A stretch of 64,000 bases of DNA from Candidatus Woesebacteria bacterium (GTDB taxonomy: Bacteria > Patescibacteriota > Microgenomatia > UBA1400 > UBA12028), in assembly GCA_040006915.1 (NCBI GenBank), contig JBDTWD010000006.1, positions 1,897 through 65,896 on the forward strand, given 5' to 3'. Position 1 is the first letter of the stretch. Every line of letters starts with the position of its first letter. The position numbers and the translations under genes were made by a program. Under the pieces are notes generated by a model. The model had not been told where the DNA came from. It searched no databases and was given only the letters and a program-made list of their open reading frames with translations. Shown piece by piece: positions 29,947-40,247 of the stretch.

Positions 29947-30723
29947 CTATGATAGCAAAGTGAACAGCGACTGCCACCACGGAGCACTCGAGCGAAAATG
30001 TGGATGATCACTTTCTACTACTTTGATGATCACATCAACAATTCCTGCCACTGAAGCCACTTCAACTAGATGAAACCGTCGTTCTTCATCTCGCTTTAGT
30101 TTGGCTTTGAGATGCGAGAAATATGAATGCTCACCCATCCATACGAATTTTTTCTCCATCATTTTTTGATTAAACCCAGTGTGATATGCCCCTGGTTCGA
30201 CAAGGGCAACATGTAAATCTTTTGAAAGCAGGTGAAGCTCTTGGGAAAGCATCTTGGCACCACTAGAGACAGCATGTTTGCTCATACTGTAGGGGCCAAA
30301 AAAAGGAGAGGTTGTCCGACCGAGCAGAGAACTTATAAACACAATCGTCCCCTGTTTCTTGGGTACCATTCTTTTAAGTACCTCTTGGGTTATGGCAAAG
30401 GTAGAAAACACATTCACTTCAAAATTGTCTTTGATTTTATCAATCGCCACTTCTGCCAGTGAGCCTGTCTCTCCCATACCAGCACAATTAATCAGCACAT
30501 CGATGTCAAGATTACGGACTTTTTCTCGATCTTTTTGCTTGGTAATGTCTAACACAAAAGACTCAATCGAGAGCGCTTGTAACTCCTGAGATTGTTTTTC
30601 ATGATGCGTCGTTGCTATTACATGATGGCCGCGCGACTGAAGTCGTAAAGCCGTCTCTTTCCCTATTCCGCTTCCGGCACCAGTAATCAATATGGTTTTT
30701 GACGTAGATATCACTGCTCCCAT
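29947..30723 (-). CDS. SDR-family oxidoreductase
   Basis: TGAGSGIG Rossmann motif; Y/K catalytic region. Confidence 0.8.
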   Translation of the reverse strand: MGAVISTSKTILITGAGSGIGKETALRLQSRGHHVIATTHHEKQSQELQALSIESFVLDITKQKDREKVRNLDIDVLINCAGMGETGSLAEVAIDKIKDNFEVNVFSTFAITQEVLKRMVPKKQGTIVFISSLLGRTTSPFFGPYSMSKHAVSSGAKMLSQELHLLSKDLHVALVEPGAYHTGFNQKMMEKKFVWMGEHSYFSHLKAKLKRDEERRFHLVEVASVAGIVDVIIKVVESDHPHFRSSAPWWQSLFTLLS

Positions 30724-31067
30724 GGAGTCATAAGTTGAAAGTAGTTACCATCTGGATCCTCTAAAGTTGCAATCCAAGCACCACCCATCTCATACGGTTC
30801 TTTGACAACAGTAGCTCCAAGAGCTTTGATGCGAGCAAATTCTTCTTTCACTTCTTTGGTTTCTAAATTAAACATCATTCGGGATGGATCTTTCGATTTT
30901 CCTTTGACTTCAGAATGAGCTCCAACACCAAAAAAAGTACTTCCTACTGTCCATCCCGCCCAGTCTCCATCGGTCATATCTGGCTTTTTCTCAAAGACTT
31001 TTTCATAAAAATCTGCCATTACTTTTGGTTGGGCACTTCCCACCATAATTGAATTCAAATTCAACAT
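30711..31067 (-). CDS. VOC/glyoxalase-family protein
   Basis: 118 aa, glyoxalase/bleomycin-resistance fold pattern. Confidence 0.7.
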   Translation of the reverse strand: MLNLNSIMVGSAQPKVMADFYEKVFEKKPDMTDGDWAGWTVGSTFFGVGAHSEVKGKSKDPSRMMFNLETKEVKEEFARIKALGATVVKEPYEMGGAWIATLEDPDGNYFQLMTPWEQ

Positions 31068-31083
31068 ATTTTCCTCCTTATTT

Positions 31084-31521
31084 TTACACCCACAACGCCA
31101 GAATTGATCCCATCACCAAAAAGGTGATCAAATTATATCCGTTGTTCAACAGCCACAATCTTACACTTTTTCCCTCAAAAAGCACGGAGCTCAATGTGAT
31201 AGGTGCTACAAATCCCAGCCAATTCCAAAATCCAGTTTGCAAACCAGCACTCAGTCCACTTTCATGCAAATACGCTGAAGCAAAAGTGAGGACATGGGAC
31301 ATAATAAAAGCCATTAACAAAGAACCGACAAACATTATTCCATACGATTTTGCCATGTTTTTTTTCATTCCTGCAGCAACATCTGCCTTGCTCCACCCCA
31401 TCTCTTTAATCCACATTTTTCCAAACAAAGGCCCATACCACAAAAATCCAACGACCAGACTGCTGATAGCGGCAAAAACTACTGCCATATAATTAACCGG
31501 AACCATGACTGCGTTATCCAT
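31084..31521 (-). CDS. DUF1761 membrane protein
   Basis: FLWYGPLFGKMW motif; four TM helices. Confidence 0.6.
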   Translation of the reverse strand: MDNAVMVPVNYMAVVFAAISSLVVGFLWYGPLFGKMWIKEMGWSKADVAAGMKKNMAKSYGIMFVGSLLMAFIMSHVLTFASAYLHESGLSAGLQTGFWNWLGFVAPITLSSVLFEGKSVRLWLLNNGYNLITFLVMGSILALWV

Positions 31522-31552
31522 ATGACCTCCATTAAGTTGAATGTACGTACTT

Positions 31553-31855
31553 TCAGTGTAGCACTTCTAATATGAGAGTAATCGCATCAGTATCTTGAAT
31601 GTTTTCAGCCTTGCGAACAGCAGCTTTGATTGGTAAAAGAAATGTTCCTGTTTTTTTATCAGGAAAAATTGAGGTTTTCCAAATACTCTCACCAATGGTC
31701 ACTCGTACAGGAAGCGATCCCCACCCACGTTTTTCATGAGCAAAGTAAAAATCAATTTCTTTGGTTGTTTCTATTGGGATCGAAACAAAGTGCCAAGCCG
31801 TTTTTCCTGGATACAACCATACTTTTGCTGTTACTGTAAATATTCTTTGTATCAT
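31553..31855 (-). CDS. DUF1905 domain protein
   Basis: Pattern WHFVSIP..G..PVRVTIG. Confidence 0.6.
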   Translation of the reverse strand: MIQRIFTVTAKVWLYPGKTAWHFVSIPIETTKEIDFYFAHEKRGWGSLPVRVTIGESIWKTSIFPDKKTGTFLLPIKAAVRKAENIQDTDAITLILEVLH

Positions 31856-31913
31856 TTTCCGATCCTATACTGATTTTCAAAGTACCCATCGATAGATTAC
31901 AGTTATGGGTTGT

Positions 31914-33248
31914 TCAGTTCTCTGGTTTAATGTTGTAGTTTTGCTGAAACAAATTCTCTGGGTCGTATGATTTTTTGATTTTAGCTAGGCGTTCGTAGGT
32001 CGATTTGGGATATGTGCCTTCGATATCTGCTTGAGTTGCCACAGACAATAAGTTCGCGTATACGCCAGAGCCAAAGGCCTCGAGTTTTTGCCAGGGTTTC
32101 ATCGCAATCTCAATCATATCCGCAGTGGCCTCAGCGGGTACGAAAGTGGGACATACGAGTAAAACCTCACTATCTCGGTGTGGAAAGGCTGTAGCATCCG
32201 GAGCTACCCGATTCATTGCTCCACCAAGACTGCGGATTTGTAAAATTGGGACTGCGGTTTTACACATCGCAAGAATGGTCTCAATAACTTGATCACTAAA
32301 TTCCTTGATAAACACATTTTTGGCGATAACTTGTATACCCTGAGGGGGATGAGCATCTTCTAAGACGTCTGCATAGGTTTTTTCTTTGACCATTGGTTTC
32401 GCTGTCGTTCCAAACTTTGTCAGTGGCTCGATGGCCTTCATGGCAATAGCCTCATCACTCCCTGCATAACAACATAAGAGCATCACTGCTGGCGGATTCC
32501 CAGCCATAGAAGGAAAGACGACGATCATGCTGTTTAATTCTTCCGGTGCCGTGCGCATCGTATCGCGCCACCCCTTAAGCACTGGTTCCAAATCCGCTAG
32601 CCCATAAGCAATTGGGCCAGCAAATACTTTTGTCAGTTGATAGGTTTGGAATTCAAAGTACGTCACCACTCCAAAATTTCCTCCACCACCCCGAATTGCC
32701 CAAAATAAATCGGGATTTTCAGTACTACTAACTTTGAGGATTTCCCCTTTGGCAGTTATGACTTCAGCCGCTACTAAGTTGTCGATCGTTAGACCCACTT
32801 TACGTACCAGCCATCCGATCCCACCTCCCAGTGTTAATCCCCCCACCCCAACAGTTTTCGTATCTCCAGATGATAAGGTCAAGCCTTTGCCTTGTAGAGT
32901 TTCGGCCACTTGAATCCAGTTGGCACCTGATCCTACACGAACCAAATGTTTGTCTTCATTAACCACTTCGATACTATTCATTAACGTCATATCAATGACA
33001 ACTCCATCGGTATTGGTTCCAAAGCCAGGCCCACTGTGCCCACCACTGCGTACCGATAGCACAAGCTTGTTCTCACGTGCATAGGCGATCGCCATTACCA
33101 CATCTGCACTGTTTTTTGGCCGCAAAATGACCGCAGGAGTTCCTGTGTGCATAAACACGTTTGCGGCTTCTTTGTAGGCTGGATCAGCTGGTAAAACAAT
33201 TTCACCAGAGAAAGTAGATCGCAGCGTATCAAAATTGGGAAGATTCAT
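31914..33248 (-). CDS. FAD-linked oxidase (PCMH-type FAD-binding, BBE C-terminal domain)
   Basis: SGGHSGPG FAD motif; C-terminal YDPENLFQQNYNIKP BBE signature. Confidence 0.8.
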   Translation of the reverse strand: MNLPNFDTLRSTFSGEIVLPADPAYKEAANVFMHTGTPAVILRPKNSADVVMAIAYARENKLVLSVRSGGHSGPGFGTNTDGVVIDMTLMNSIEVVNEDKHLVRVGSGANWIQVAETLQGKGLTLSSGDTKTVGVGGLTLGGGIGWLVRKVGLTIDNLVAAEVITAKGEILKVSSTENPDLFWAIRGGGGNFGVVTYFEFQTYQLTKVFAGPIAYGLADLEPVLKGWRDTMRTAPEELNSMIVVFPSMAGNPPAVMLLCCYAGSDEAIAMKAIEPLTKFGTTAKPMVKEKTYADVLEDAHPPQGIQVIAKNVFIKEFSDQVIETILAMCKTAVPILQIRSLGGAMNRVAPDATAFPHRDSEVLLVCPTFVPAEATADMIEIAMKPWQKLEAFGSGVYANLLSVATQADIEGTYPKSTYERLAKIKKSYDPENLFQQNYNIKPEN

Positions 33249-33264
33249 ACAATGTTCCTTTCAA

Positions 33265-33783
33265 CTATTTTGACTTATTCTTTCCTTCTACCAATAACCC
33301 TTCAATATCAAGCTGTCCACTGGTAAAAGCCATATGACTTTCGCTATCTACCGGCCATTCTTTTTGTGGTCGATCCCAGTATAACTCCAGTCCATTGTCA
33401 TCCGGATCACGCAAATACAATGCTTCGTGTGTTCCATGATCATTCACTCCCTCCATTGGCCATTTAGCATTGACTAATCTATGCAACGCATCTCCTAAAG
33501 CAGCTCTGGTCGGATAGCGAATCGCAACATGATATAAACCCGTTGTTCCTGGCGGTGGAGGTGTTCCTCCTTCTGATTCCCAGGTATTAAAAGCCAGATG
33601 ATGATGATACCCACCCGAAGACAAAAACAGTGCGGTTGGCATTCGGGCAACGACATCAAAGCCTAAAATCCCTACATAAAAATCAAAGATACGTTTCAAA
33701 TCCGCTGTTTTTAAATGCACGTGCCCAATATCAACTCCGGGACCAATAGGATTATTGCTTCGCTCGATAGGTTTGATATGCAT
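33265..33783 (-). CDS. VOC-family protein (catechol-dioxygenase-like fold)
   Basis: HVHLKTADL..GLYHVAIRY..HEALYLRDPDDNGLELY; start set at MHIKPI. Confidence 0.65.
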   Translation of the reverse strand: MHIKPIERSNNPIGPGVDIGHVHLKTADLKRIFDFYVGILGFDVVARMPTALFLSSGGYHHHLAFNTWESEGGTPPPPGTTGLYHVAIRYPTRAALGDALHRLVNAKWPMEGVNDHGTHEALYLRDPDDNGLELYWDRPQKEWPVDSESHMAFTSGQLDIEGLLVEGKNKSK

Positions 33784-33842
33784 ATGAGCAGTATACCAAA
33801 ATACTCCTTGAACCGAGATCACTTTTCCTGAATACTATATAG

Positions 33843-34355
33843 GTGACTAGAAAGAAACAAAAAACTTCATCGCTTCCTTTATTGTTTATCATTTTGATTG
33901 TCATTGCCACAATCGCTACCGCCAAAGTCTTCCATACGCTTTCTATACAACCTTCAGCTACACCTGTTCCAGAAATCGCTATCCCCTTTGATTTTAGTAG
34001 TCAAAAAACTGGACAAACGACGGGTATTATTACCCATCAGACTGTGAATGCCTCACAAACTCGCGCTGGGGCGATCTTGGTCGATGATTCGAGTGGCTCT
34101 GGCACGTTTTACTCAGTAATTGGTGTGATGCAGACCAATGGAACGGAAGTCTACTCTCAACCAATTTTGATCGGTGATCGAGTACAAATTGTATCACTCA
34201 TGGTTAATGATCCAGGTGCCCATGATAACGGACTTATTACTGTGACGTATCTAGACCGAGCAAAGAACGCTCCAATGACTACCCAACCTACTAAGAAAAT
34301 GATCATTCAATATGCATTTGAAGACAACGGAAATTTAATCCCTGTCAAACAATAA
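33843..34355 (+). CDS. hypothetical secreted / membrane-anchored protein
   Basis: 170 aa with N-terminal signal-anchor LLFIILIVIATIATA. Confidence 0.4.
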   Translation: MTRKKQKTSSLPLLFIILIVIATIATAKVFHTLSIQPSATPVPEIAIPFDFSSQKTGQTTGIITHQTVNASQTRAGAILVDDSSGSGTFYSVIGVMQTNGTEVYSQPILIGDRVQIVSLMVNDPGAHDNGLITVTYLDRAKNAPMTTQPTKKMIIQYAFEDNGNLIPVKQ

Positions 34356-34370
34356 AAAAAGGAGTTCATC

Positions 34371-35762
34371 ATGAAAGGCTCTACTACTTCAAAATATATT
34401 ATCGTTTCTTTACTGGTGTTAGTCGTGATACTAGCCGGCATATCTGGAGCGTTGTTTCATGAGAAGAAAAGTACCGCAGCTATACGTGGAGCATTTGATA
34501 TCAATGGCATAATTCCTGAGGGCGCGTCGGTAGATGTGGTTGCAACCAGAGCAGATGGAAGCGGAACTCCAGTTCGATTCGCCTCGGGCAACGCCCCTCT
34601 TGATTCCGATGTTTGGCAATATAGTGGGGCTCAAGGAGGACAGTCATATACCATCCAAGCAACCCTACTGGTAAACGGTCAAGAAGTGACAAAATCAAAT
34701 CCAATCACGGTCACAGCTCCTGCCAATAATGAAACCTTAACGCTCAATGTCGAGTCTGCTACTAAGAACACTAAAGCCACAATTACTGGAGACATCGTCA
34801 TCAATGGATACATTCCTTCCGGAGCCACCGTAACCATTCAAGGCAGGACTCTCGGCAGTCAAAAATATACGTCAGTGGCCACTGGTTTGAGTGCCACTGC
34901 TCGCCAAGTTATGAGTTATGCGACCGCGATATCTGGTACCACCTATGAGGTCCAAGGACTCTTATATAACGGCAGTACACAAATTGGTTCGTCAGATACA
35001 GTCGTTGTAACAGCCCCTGCTGCTCACGAAGTTCTCACCATTAATTCAACTGCTGTGGCTCCCGCAACTCCAACGCCACAACCAACTAAGTCTCCAACAA
35101 GCCAAGTCTCGGTGACACCAGCCCCAACGACCATGCCAACTAAGCCAGCTGTCATTTCTGGAAGTATCGATTTTAATGGAATTGCTCCTCCAAATTCACG
35201 CATCGTGATTTTGCAAAAGGTTCACACCAGTCAAAATTATCAAGGAGCTTTAGATAATATTAACCCTGCTGATGGAACAACATGGACTTGGACAAATCCA
35301 ACTGCTTCCACTTGGTATGATATGGTAGCTGTTCTCAAGCAACGACAAAGTGATGGAACAGATAAAGATCTGTCTACGTCTGCCAATGTCGCGGTCGCAG
35401 CTCCGGCAACAAAAATCATCTTTACCTTAAATTCCAGTTTTGGATTGAATGCTCCGAACGGACAAATTAATACCAACTGTGGTAACAAATCTGGAAACAC
35501 ATGGAATGCGACCTTGACGTTTGATCCTATGATAAATGCAGGTTCCTACTGGTACCAAGTCGGTAGCAGCAATGGTGGAACAGACACGGCCAGTGCGACT
35601 ACAAACGCAGATGGAGTCAAACCATTAACGATTCAGATTGGACTTCAGAATGGAACGACTTACTATGTGCGGTATGCCTACGGCATTATGCAGAATCTTG
35701 GAGCCGGAAGCCGCCAATTTTCACCATTCTCATCAGAACATCAAATAAAGTGTGGTTCGTGA
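34371..35762 (+). CDS. cell-surface protein with three tandem ~95-aa repeats
   Basis: 463 aa. N-terminal TM anchor. Repeats begin FDINGIIPEGA / GDIVINGYIPSGA / GSIDFNGIAPPNS and each ends ..VTAPA..E.LT.N. A Pro/Thr-rich linker lies between them. Confidence 0.5.
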   Translation: MKGSTTSKYIIVSLLVLVVILAGISGALFHEKKSTAAIRGAFDINGIIPEGASVDVVATRADGSGTPVRFASGNAPLDSDVWQYSGAQGGQSYTIQATLLVNGQEVTKSNPITVTAPANNETLTLNVESATKNTKATITGDIVINGYIPSGATVTIQGRTLGSQKYTSVATGLSATARQVMSYATAISGTTYEVQGLLYNGSTQIGSSDTVVVTAPAAHEVLTINSTAVAPATPTPQPTKSPTSQVSVTPAPTTMPTKPAVISGSIDFNGIAPPNSRIVILQKVHTSQNYQGALDNINPADGTTWTWTNPTASTWYDMVAVLKQRQSDGTDKDLSTSANVAVAAPATKIIFTLNSSFGLNAPNGQINTNCGNKSGNTWNATLTFDPMINAGSYWYQVGSSNGGTDTASATTNADGVKPLTIQIGLQNGTTYYVRYAYGIMQNLGAGSRQFSPFSSEHQIKCGS

Positions 35763-35788
35763 GGTTTCTGTTCTCCCCCATGCCTATG

Positions 35789-35817
35789 TTGCTTTTTTGC
35801 GAAGCTGATCCTATAAT
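35789..35817 (+). promoter_or_regulatory. sigma70-like promoter (TTGCTT-17 bp-TATAAT)
   Basis: -35 TTGCTT at 35789-35794, -10 TATAAT at 35812-35817; upstream of the XRE HTH gene. Confidence 0.4.
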
Positions 35818-35831
35818 CGGACGTTCTGTCT

Positions 35832-36083
35832 ATGAAAAAATTATTTGGAATACAGCTACGGGACGAACGAAAAAAACAAGGTCTCACAGTCCAAATGATC
35901 TCTGAAGCATGTGGTGTTTCTCGTAGTTACATTACTTTGATTGAAAACGGTAAGAGACTCCCAGGGAAAAAGATTCTTCCGAAAATCGCAGTCGCACTTC
36001 ATCTCAAAACAACGATAGTCTTAAACTGGTACCTCGAACATATTAGTGAAAAGATGCAAAACGATCTTAAAATTTCTGAATAG
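35832..36083 (+). CDS. XRE-family HTH transcriptional regulator
   Basis: HTH LTVQMISEACGVSRSYITLIENGKR. Confidence 0.7.
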   Translation: MKKLFGIQLRDERKKQGLTVQMISEACGVSRSYITLIENGKRLPGKKILPKIAVALHLKTTIVLNWYLEHISEKMQNDLKISE

Positions 36084-36531
36084 TTTTTAAAGCTTCATCA
36101 ATTAAAAACACTTGATTGCTACGCAAGAGCGGTAAATTATCTTTACTAAAAAAACCATATTCAGATATCTCCTCCGAAGCCTTAAAGTCCCCACCGATAA
36201 ACACTCCCACATAACAGACATCCAATCTGGCTACCTCTCGATCTGTACGAGTTTTTAGTTGTTCATCCGCACTGACTACAAAATTTGATTCCTCTTTGAT
36301 CTCACGTTCAATAGCTTCCCTTGGATGTTCACCAGCTTTCATATATCCACCTGGGAGACTCCAGGAGTGAGCGCGGTAGGTGTGTTTAAATAATAGAATT
36401 TCGTTTTTTTCGTTAAAGATCACTCCAGTCACCCCAACCAGGAACTGATCTTGAAAAAACCGCATCACAAACAGCTGAATTCCTTTAGGTAAATGTAATG
36501 CTTTCCAGAGTTTTGCAAGAAAAGTTTTCAC
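36067..36531 (-). CDS. NUDIX hydrolase
   Basis: Nudix box GGYMKAGEHPREAIEREIKEESN. Confidence 0.8.
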   Translation of the reverse strand: MKTFLAKLWKALHLPKGIQLFVMRFFQDQFLVGVTGVIFNEKNEILLFKHTYRAHSWSLPGGYMKAGEHPREAIEREIKEESNFVVSADEQLKTRTDREVARLDVCYVGVFIGGDFKASEEISEYGFFSKDNLPLLRSNQVFLIDEALKTIQKF

Positions 36532-36872
36532 AGTGCATTAGAATCAATAGGAACAACGCCAGATTTTCGTTTAAGTCTCTCATTTTCCAGTTCTAATTGA
36601 TGGACTCTTTTAGTCAATTCCACTACTTCATTCTTCTTCTTTTTAATAACATTCTCTTTTCCATGAATCGTTAAAGACGTCGAAATATCATGGACAACGT
36701 ACAAAATGTACGAAAACACTAATCCAGTCACAAGCGATCCAACAATCACATAAAAGAGTGGAATATCGGTAAAGATATATGGCCCCACATGCAAAGACAC
36801 TAACATTAGATTTGATTGCGACAGATAGGCAAGCAGTGATCCGACGATGAGTAGTAAGATAAGAATCAACAT
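36528..36872 (-). CDS. LapA-family (DUF1049) membrane protein with coiled-coil tail
   Basis: Two TM helices then KKKKNEVVELTKRVHQLELENERLKRK. Confidence 0.5.
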   Translation of the reverse strand: MLILILLLIVGSLLAYLSQSNLMLVSLHVGPYIFTDIPLFYVIVGSLVTGLVFSYILYVVHDISTSLTIHGKENVIKKKKNEVVELTKRVHQLELENERLKRKSGVVPIDSNAL

Positions 36873-36875
36873 AGA

Positions 36876-37115
36876 TTAAAGTAATCTACTTACAAACAGT
36901 ACTAATAGTGATCCTGCTACAGCGACGGCAAACGACATCATGTTAAAACCAGTCACACCCACTCCAAAGAAATGTTGACCTAAATATCCTCCAACAATCG
37001 CTCCGATAATTCCCAACACAATGGAACCAACAATACCGCCCATAGAACTGGGTGATAAGAAATTAGCAATACTTCCGGCGATCAATCCAAACACAATCCA
37101 GTATAAGAAACTCAT
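36876..37115 (-). CDS. GlsB/YeaQ/YmgE-family membrane protein (second paralogue)
   Basis: Gly-rich pattern matching the 15541 paralogue. Confidence 0.8.
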   Translation of the reverse strand: MSFLYWIVFGLIAGSIANFLSPSSMGGIVGSIVLGIIGAIVGGYLGQHFFGVGVTGFNMMSFAVAVAGSLLVLFVSRLL

Positions 37116-37362
37116 ATTTTTTAGTACTCCTTACCTTTAACAATAGCACACATGTATTACACTATAGTATAAATAGGTAAGATTAAGGTAAGCGCAATCA
37201 AGAAAGGTTCTCTATAAAAAGAATTGACAGTGCCACACTTAAAAAGCTATAGACGAAAAATAAAGCATAATACTGTTACATATTTGTTACATTTTTCACA
37301 TGATTTTATTGCAGCTGTCTCTCTACGATAAAGGTAGTATTTCTTAATTTAAAAGCCTCTTT

Positions 37363-37989
37363 ATGTTTTCCCTCAAAAAAGTTTTTCTCTCTCTTATCAC
37401 ATTATCCTCATTTTTTGTCGCAGCTACTCCTGCCTTGGCTGCCAGTCCTGATGGATTTGGACCTTGGGCTGACAAGGTGGTTTCTACCCAGCAAGGATTG
37501 ATGAAAAATGGCCAACCAGTTCCGGCAATTAGAAGTAGCGCACAATCGGCACTAGGGGTGGCAGAAAATGATACGGTTGAAGGACATTTTTATTCCCTGG
37601 GTCTTGGCGGGAAAATTACGTTAGGATTTAAAAATGGAATGAGAAATGGTGTCATCGTGGTTGAAGCGACAAATCCAAACTATCCACTCGAAAAAGCCAC
37701 AGTTGAGGTTTCACCGGATAAAGAACACTGGTTTACAGCTGGTACCGTGACGCAAGATGGACAAGTCACCGTTCCTCAAACTGCTGGCTGTGTTCATTAT
37801 GTGAGACTGACCGATGTGAGTAACGCAGCCGATTTTGGCGACGGAACCGCCGATGGGTATGATGTCGATGGCGTCAAAGGAACAGGTGAACGCTGTTCTA
37901 TCAGGGAACGTCACAATCCAAAAAACCACAATAGCTTCTGTGGCTCGTACTCTGCCAAGAAAGAACAAGAAATCGACAATGGAGACTAA
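37363..37989 (+). CDS. secreted hypothetical protein
   Basis: Signal peptide FFVAATPALAASP. Confidence 0.45.
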   Translation: MFSLKKVFLSLITLSSFFVAATPALAASPDGFGPWADKVVSTQQGLMKNGQPVPAIRSSAQSALGVAENDTVEGHFYSLGLGGKITLGFKNGMRNGVIVVEATNPNYPLEKATVEVSPDKEHWFTAGTVTQDGQVTVPQTAGCVHYVRLTDVSNAADFGDGTADGYDVDGVKGTGERCSIRERHNPKNHNSFCGSYSAKKEQEIDNGD

Positions 37990-38098
37990 GGTTTCATGAT
38001 TCACGCGGCTGATTGCTTGATAATCAGTTGCACAGGGAAGGAAAACCCAAGGAAGGTTACTGTCCAAGAATTGATCAGGCGATACAGGTTAGAGAAGA

Positions 38099-38485
38099 CT
38101 ACTTCGTTTTCAGCTTCCCACCCACCCAAACGCTCGGGAAAGATAACACGGCTAGTGCCACTGGATACCAGTTAGGCCCCAAAGCCTGTTGAAGATTTGT
38201 CATCACGCCGAGGATTGCAAATAGCGTTCCAATACTGGCAAGAATGGTGACGTGTTTCATCGGCTTGTTCGGAGAAAGTTTTGCGGTAATGTATCCACCC
38301 GCTACTGTATATATCGTTCGATACGTAAGGGCGAGCAACAACATCCAAGTAATGAAAAGTCCTTTTTCTGGAGATGGAAAAATACCCGCTCCTTCAAGGA
38401 GCATATCAGTAAGCACACTCAAAACTGCAACAGTTAGGAATCCGACAACGATTGCCCCAATACTTTTAAAAATCGTTTTTGGCAT
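38099..38485 (-). CDS. hypothetical four-TM membrane protein
   Basis: 128 aa, hydrophobic. Confidence 0.4.
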   Translation of the reverse strand: MPKTIFKSIGAIVVGFLTVAVLSVLTDMLLEGAGIFPSPEKGLFITWMLLLALTYRTIYTVAGGYITAKLSPNKPMKHVTILASIGTLFAILGVMTNLQQALGPNWYPVALAVLSFPSVWVGGKLKTK

Positions 38486-38489
38486 AAAT

Positions 38490-38664
38490 TTATAGCTTTA
38501 AGAAAGCTAATACGTTATACACAACAATAGCTGGCCAGACGATCGCTTTGAATACTCCCATAACACCGATCATAAAGGTGGGAGCTTGTTGCACAAAATA
38601 GACGAGTGCTCCGATAAAACCTAATCCGTAGACGGCGTTCATGCTGTGGTTGTGCTTCATCATA
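38490..38664 (-). CDS. small membrane protein (58 aa; below the ORF-track size cutoff)
   Basis: MMKHNHSMNAVYGLGFIGALVYFV..; its stop lies 5 nt upstream of the next gene. Confidence 0.3.
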
Positions 38665-38672
38665 TCTTTCTA

Positions 38673-38897
38673 CTATACCTTTTTTTGCTTATCAAAAGAA
38701 GTCGTTTTAAACGGTTCTCCTTTTTGATCATAAGTAGTCCACTCACCGACTTGTTTACCATTCTCAAAATATCCCGACCGCATTTTGGTTCCATCAGTTC
38801 GAAACCACTCCCAATATCCCACACATACCTCACCATCCATATCTCCTTTTGCCCAAACGCTGCCATCCTTATGGTATTCAATATGTGGTTTTTGCAT
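38673..38897 (-). CDS. MORN-like repeat protein (YwqK-type)
   Basis: 74 aa with repeated G..G.W..Y..G motifs. Confidence 0.4.
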   Translation of the reverse strand: MQKPHIEYHKDGSVWAKGDMDGEVCVGYWEWFRTDGTKMRSGYFENGKQVGEWTTYDQKGEPFKTTSFDKQKKV

Positions 38898-38900
38898 ACC

Positions 38901-39290
38901 TTATTCCCCACCCTCTAAGACTGACAAAATATTCCCCGCTGGATCCGTAAACCAAGCAATGTCAGGCCCTTTCTTCGCAGCTTTCCCACGCACGATTCCT
39001 TTGGCGTCGGCTGGCATTCCCTCATAACGCTCAAAATGTATCCCATTCTTCGTTAATTCATCAACAGCTATATCAATATCATCAACTTCGAAATTTAAAA
39101 TTGTGAAGGTCGCTGGTCGATGATTTTCTTTAGGATACACAAACACCTTACTGCCACCAGGTAAATGAAGATATAAGCCCATCCCTGCTTCTTCCTCCAC
39201 TCGAAGTCCCATAATTTCGGTGTAAAATACTTTCGCTTTGGCTACATCGTTGACTGAAAAACCGCTAAAGACGTCTTTAACTGCAAACAT
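38901..39290 (-). CDS. VOC/glyoxalase-family protein
   Basis: 129 aa, glyoxalase fold pattern. Confidence 0.7.
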   Translation of the reverse strand: MFAVKDVFSGFSVNDVAKAKVFYTEIMGLRVEEEAGMGLYLHLPGGSKVFVYPKENHRPATFTILNFEVDDIDIAVDELTKNGIHFERYEGMPADAKGIVRGKAAKKGPDIAWFTDPAGNILSVLEGGE

Positions 39291-39312
39291 AGGTTTCCTC
39301 CTTTGTTATTCG

Positions 39313-40164
39313 TTAGTGATGGACCTGCAGATCATGCTTTTTGTCATCTCTCCACATTTGTTTGACGCGAATTCCCATAATGATTTTCATCAGCCATGGT
39401 AAGTGGTTATTAATGGTGACGGTCAAATCCAGTAATGGTTGTAATCTAGCAATATATACGACTCGTTTAGGATGTTTTAAACACTCTATAACATCATGGG
39501 CTACGCGCTCTTTAGTAACTCCAGTTAAAGTATCATAAGGATAATTAATTCCTTGATGCCTCGACGCTTTGGCATTAAAAAGCGTATTCACTGCGGATGG
39601 ATGAATGCGACTAACTCGAATCCCCCAAGGAGCGAGCTCATGACGAATCGCATCATTTAATCCTTCAACGGCGTACTTTGTACTGGAATAAATGGTGAGC
39701 GGGGGAATAGGAACTAAACTCGCGTAGGAAGCAAAGTTAATAATGTGACCACTATGCTGGGATTTCATGGTGGGGACAACTTGTGAGATAAGTTGTGCCA
39801 TGGCAATAATATTGACCTGATATTGCTCAGCAATTTCTTCTGCAGTATTCTCTTCTATCCAATCGTAGTATCCCATCCCAGCGACATTGACTAGGATATC
39901 AATCCGACCAAACGTTTCTAGAGTTTTCCCTACCACATTAGCTATTTGCTTGGCCTCTTTCAAATCAGTTTTGACAACCAGAGCTTGTCCACCACTTTTG
40001 CGGATTTGAGTTGCGACTTCTTCTAAGATTGTTTCACGTCTAGCCACCAATACGACGTTGGCTCCTTCTTTTCCCAATAACAAGGCAATCTCTTTTCCAC
40101 TTCCATCAGAAGCACCAGTGACGATCGCGACTTTATTTGCAAGCATATTTTGATTTGTAGACAC
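39313..40164 (-). CDS. SDR-family oxidoreductase
   Basis: VTGASDGSG Rossmann motif; YSSTK catalytic Y/K. Confidence 0.8.
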   Translation of the reverse strand: MSTNQNMLANKVAIVTGASDGSGKEIALLLGKEGANVVLVARRETILEEVATQIRKSGGQALVVKTDLKEAKQIANVVGKTLETFGRIDILVNVAGMGYYDWIEENTAEEIAEQYQVNIIAMAQLISQVVPTMKSQHSGHIINFASYASLVPIPPLTIYSSTKYAVEGLNDAIRHELAPWGIRVSRIHPSAVNTLFNAKASRHQGINYPYDTLTGVTKERVAHDVIECLKHPKRVVYIARLQPLLDLTVTINNHLPWLMKIIMGIRVKQMWRDDKKHDLQVHH

Positions 40165-40247
40165 ACTTTATCCTTGCACGATTATAGAACCTGCGCAAGA
40201 TGTGGGAAGATATCTCGTGCACTTTCATCCTAAAGTCCAGATAAGCT

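Noticed and set aside
34371-35762. Periodic DNA repeats suggestive of a repeat array
   Set aside because: The periodicity is at the protein-domain level (about 285 bp, divergent), inside a continuous ORF. It is not a CRISPR or satellite array.
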